Source: Methylorubrum extorquens (lineage in GTDB: Bacteria; Pseudomonadota; Alphaproteobacteria; Rhizobiales; Beijerinckiaceae). Taken from it: DNA of 32,000 nucleotides. A model generated the notes under the pieces. The model saw nothing but the letters and a program-made list of their open reading frames with translations. It was not told where the DNA came from and searched no databases. Positions 29,417-32,000 of the stretch are shown here, one piece after another. The number at the start of each line of letters is the position of its first letter. The first letter of the stretch is position 1. Both the position numbers and the translations under genes were made by a program. The stretch is from the NCBI GenBank assembly GCA_900234795.1, contig LT962688.1, positions 2,340,001 to 2,372,000 on the forward strand. The letters are read 5' to 3'.

Positions 29417-29717
29417 GGGGGCGGATCACGCAAGGGATGGGCCGTGTCACCCGCACCCTGGCGGCGAAATCGGCGCGGGGCCATCGCCGCGGCGCGATGA
29501 TCCGGCGCGAACGTCCCTTCCGGTGTGGAAGGCGAGGCCGGGCGCTGCAACAAATGGTCTCGGTTGCGAGATGGATGAGGATCTGCGCGTTTAGAATGCT
29601 TCATGACACCTCCGGCTTGCCGTGACCCATGCCGGGTCCCGAACGGCCGGCGGTCAACGCGGGCGAGGCGTGGATCCGGCGGAACCGGGCCACGCGGCAA
29701 TCAGCCAGGGAGACGGC

Positions 29718-30155
29718 ATGGGGCGGCTGACCACGGTACCCGCGAGCGCGGTCCTTCTCGGCATCGCGGGGTTGATTCCGTTCGTGGGCTTTGCGGCCCT
29801 ATCGGTCAGCGGCACGGATGTCGGACTCGGCACCATCGGCTTGTCGCCGCGCACCATCCTCTCGGCCTACGGCGCGGTGATCGCCTCGTTCCTCGGCGGC
29901 ATCCGCTGGGGGGCGGCGGCGGCACGGGGGGCGGGCTGGCGCGATTACGGGCTCGCGATCGTGCCTTCGCTGCTTGCCTGGGCGGCGCTCGCCGCGCCGC
30001 CGCCCTGGGATCTCCGGACCCTCGGCGCCCTCGTGCTGCTGTGGGGCATCGTCGATCAGGACCTTCCCCGCCGCGGCATGGTCCCGGTCTGGATGGGCCG
30101 CCTGCGGCTGGCCCTGTCGGCGGTCGCCGGGGCGGCGCTGCTTGTGGCAGCGTGA
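29718..30155 (+). CDS. DUF3429 family membrane protein
   Basis: Start moved to ATG 29718 (GGGAGA upstream). 145 aa with 4 TM helices. SAYGAVIASFLGGIRWG matches my memory of DUF3429. Confidence 0.7.
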   Translation: MGRLTTVPASAVLLGIAGLIPFVGFAALSVSGTDVGLGTIGLSPRTILSAYGAVIASFLGGIRWGAAAARGAGWRDYGLAIVPSLLAWAALAAPPPWDLRTLGALVLLWGIVDQDLPRRGMVPVWMGRLRLALSAVAGAALLVAA

Positions 30156-30165
30156 CCCGGTTCAA

Positions 30166-30203
30166 CCGAAATCCGATCGATTGCTTCGCAATGCGGATTT
30201 CGG
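30166..30203. terminator. Compound palindrome 1 in the convergent gap (candidate bidirectional terminator)
   Basis: Outer perfect 10-bp stem CCGAAATCCG / CGGATTTCGG enclosing an inner stem ATTGC-TTC-GCAAT. Confidence 0.55.
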
Positions 30204-30232
30204 ACTTCGCTCAAATGCCGCGTGGGCTCGGT

Positions 30233-30270
30233 GATACGATCTCCGCTTCGATCGAAGCAAAGATCGTATC
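30233..30270. terminator. Compound palindrome 2 in the convergent gap (candidate bidirectional terminator)
   Basis: Outer perfect 10-bp stem GATACGATCT / AGATCGTATC enclosing the perfect 14-nt palindrome GCTTCGATCGAAGC. The right arm touches the pdeM stop codon (30269-30271). Confidence 0.55.
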
Positions 30271-30952
30271 AATCCCGCCCGAGCATGGTCCGGCCGATCG
30301 CGAACACGCGTCCGTCGCCGAGCAGGTAGGCGGTGAACCCCTTGGGGAAGAGTGGCTCGAAGGCGGCGTCGCGCACGTTGAGGCCGCCCGTATAGGCGCC
30401 GAAGGCCGGCATGACGAGGCGGTGGCCGTCGCTGACGAAGCAGCGGCGGCGCACGGAGCGGCCGCGCATGCTGACCTTGCCGCAGGGGTGGAGATGCCCC
30501 GCGATCTCGCCCGCTTCGGCCCCCGCCAGCGGCTCGTGGCGCAGCGTCAGGCCGCCGACGGAAACCGTCTCGCAGTAGCGTCCGCCGACGCCCTCGCTCA
30601 CCGCCGCATCGTGGTTGCCGGCGATCCAGACCCAGTCGCGGCCTTCCTGAAGCGCGGCGATCATCGCCCGGTCGCCGGGCTCCATCCGCTCGGGGCCGCG
30701 GGCATCGTGGAAGGAATCGCCGAGCGCGACCACGCAGGCCGGATCGAGCCGCTGAACCACCTCGTGCAGGCAGGCCAGGGTCTCGCGGGTGTCGTAGGGC
30801 GGCAGGAATTGGCCGGAGCGGGCGGCAAACGACGAGCCCTTCTCCAGATGGAGGTCCGACACCACCAGGGTGCGGTGTTCGGACAGCCACAGGGCGCCGG
30901 TGCGGTCGAGGCTCAAGGCCTCGCCGGCAAGCGCAAGGTCGGTGCCCTTCAC
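30269..30952 (-). CDS. pdeM: Ligase-associated DNA damage response metallophosphoesterase PdeM
   Basis: LVVSDLHLEKG, ALGDSFHD, IAGNHD and GHLHP are calcineurin-like phosphoesterase motifs in the PdeM arrangement. The gene lies immediately downstream of lhr. The start is uncertain: GTG 30952 is proposed (227 aa). The track ORF runs in-frame far upstream into lhr and is not credible there. Confidence 0.8.
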   Translation of the reverse strand: MKGTDLALAGEALSLDRTGALWLSEHRTLVVSDLHLEKGSSFAARSGQFLPPYDTRETLACLHEVVQRLDPACVVALGDSFHDARGPERMEPGDRAMIAALQEGRDWVWIAGNHDAAVSEGVGGRYCETVSVGGLTLRHEPLAGAEAGEIAGHLHPCGKVSMRGRSVRRRCFVSDGHRLVMPAFGAYTGGLNVRDAAFEPLFPKGFTAYLLGDGRVFAIGRTMLGRD

Positions 30953-31023
30953 GGTCTTCTCGAGTCTCTGGCCGAGTGCCAACGTTTTTGTCCCAAGCTT
31001 CGCGGAGGAGGCGGCACGCCGCG

Positions 31024-32000
31024 TCAGCCGAGCGCCTCTTGGAGAAGCTCGGCTTCGGCCTCGGCCAGGATCTCGTCGGCCCCCTCCCCGTAGACCCGCT
31101 CGCGCCCGATTTCGAGCATGACGGACACGGAGAGCGGCGAGACCCGGTCGAGCGCCCTGTGGGTGATTCGCCCCCGGATACGCCTCAGCATCATGCCGAG
31201 GCGGGTCACGTCGAGGAGTCCGGTTGCCGCATCCTGCCGCGCGGCGCGCAGGAGCAGGTGGTCGGGCTGGTGGCGGCGCAGCACGTCGTAGATCAGATCG
31301 GTCGAGATCGTGACCTGCCGGCCGGTCTTCTTCTGGCCGGGAAAGCGCCGCTCGATCAGCCCGGCGATGACCGCGCATTGGCGGAAGGTGCGCTTCATCA
31401 TCGCCGACTCGTCGAGCCAGGCCTCCAGGTCGTCGCCGAGCATGTCCTCGTCGAACAGGGCCTCCATGAAGCCGGGCGAGAGCGCGGCGCGCTCGCTCAG
31501 ATCCTTGGTGCACCAGATGGCGATGCCGTAGTCGTTGGCGGCAAATCCGAGCGGGCGCAGGCGGGCGCGCTCCAGGCGGCGGGTCAGCAGCATGCCGAGC
31601 GTCTGGTGGGCGAGCCGCCCCTCGAACGGGAAGGCCGTAAGGTAGTGACGCCCGGCCCGCGCAAACGTCTCGACCAAGAGGTCGCGCTCGCCCGGCAGCA
31701 CGGAGTGGCGGCGCTGCTGCGCGAGGTAGTCGGCGAGCTGGCGCGGCAGGCGGTCCCACTCGAACGGGTCGGCGATGATCGCCCGCACGCGGGCCGCGAG
31801 GAAGGTCGAGAGCGGGAATTTCGAGCCGGCATAGGAGGGGATCGCCGGATCGGTGCCGGGCCCGGCCCGCGTGACGAGACATTCGTCCTCGGCCAGCCCC
31901 TCGAAGCGCAGCACCTCGCCCGCGAACAGGAAGGTATCGCCAACGGTCAGCGTCTCGGCGAAATCCTCCTCGATCTCGCCGAGCGTCCGTCCCCCCTTCG
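31024..32000 (-). CDS. lhr: Ligase-associated DNA damage response DEXH-box helicase (Lhr-like), C-terminal part; the 5' end lies beyond the window
   Basis: The frame stays open to nt 32000 (…GGRTLGEIEEDFAETLTVGDTFLFAGEVLRFEGL…). The C-terminal DEAD/H-associated domain reads FPFEGRLAHQTLGMLLTRRLER...ANDYGIAIW...KRTFRQCAVIAGLI. TGA at 31024-31026. Confidence 0.85.
   Translation of the reverse strand, partial: KGGRTLGEIEEDFAETLTVGDTFLFAGEVLRFEGLAEDECLVTRAGPGTDPAIPSYAGSKFPLSTFLAARVRAIIADPFEWDRLPRQLADYLAQQRRHSVLPGERDLLVETFARAGRHYLTAFPFEGRLAHQTLGMLLTRRLERARLRPLGFAANDYGIAIWCTKDLSERAALSPGFMEALFDEDMLGDDLEAWLDESAMMKRTFRQCAVIAGLIERRFPGQKKTGRQVTISTDLIYDVLRRHQPDHLLLRAARQDAATGLLDVTRLGMMLRRIRGRITHRALDRVSPLSVSVMLEIGRERVYGEGADEILAEAEAELLQEALG

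Noticed and set aside
29417-29520. A possible fluoride (crcB-motif) riboswitch upstream of the ClC gene. The minus strand contains GGCGATGG...CGCC...GCCGCC...TGACACGGCCC, which resembles the 5' half of the motif.
   Set aside because: The 3' conserved segment and pseudoknot complement match poorly, with at most 4 bp. The ClC protein also carries canonical chloride-type motifs (GSGIP, GREGP) rather than the fluoride-specific CLC-F variants. A covariance-model scan would settle it.

Overview
Very GC-rich (about 70% by eye) chromosomal segment of an alphaproteobacterium. Gene order and the GlyA sequence suggest Hyphomicrobiales, probably Methylobacterium or Methylorubrum, but that is from memory and not searched. 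Most of the window is housekeeping. In order: class III cyclase 3' end, a BON-repeat OmpA-family protein, a large Porin_2-type porin, an ABC-F (Uup-like) ATPase, a PHA-system small protein, an RlpA-like protein, ccrM, mutY, a DciA/DUF721 gene, a Tat-signal DsbA, the F0 operon atpI-B-E-F'-F, glyA, an Rrf2 regulator, nrdR-ribD-ribE, then ribH-nusB-thiL, an SDR, a DUF1328 peptide, a ClC channel, DUF3429, and pdeM-lhr (ligase-associated DNA damage response; lhr runs off the window). I found no rRNA, tRNA, CRISPR, IS element or integrase. Four things deserve a second look. (1) A 4.3 kb, four-gene block sits between ribE and ribH: a secreted protein, a GT-C-like polytopic membrane protein, GtrA, and a HAD-UbiA fusion. 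It looks like a self-contained polyprenyl-phosphate-pentose envelope glycosylation module. (2) Five housekeeping genes between 17.8 and 27.1 kb carry frame-breaking insertions at short repeats (Rrf2, ribH, nusB, thiL, SDR). These are most likely assembly errors and need verification. (3) Two tight clusters of GANTC (CcrM) sites lie in non-coding or doubtful-coding DNA, one of them in the leader of the GT-C gene. (4) Smaller oddities: a probable CTG start, a low-complexity insert inside an OmpA domain, an upstream ORF overlapping the clc start, and twin compound palindromes. Many long ORFs in the supplied track are alternative-frame artefacts of the high GC content and were not called.
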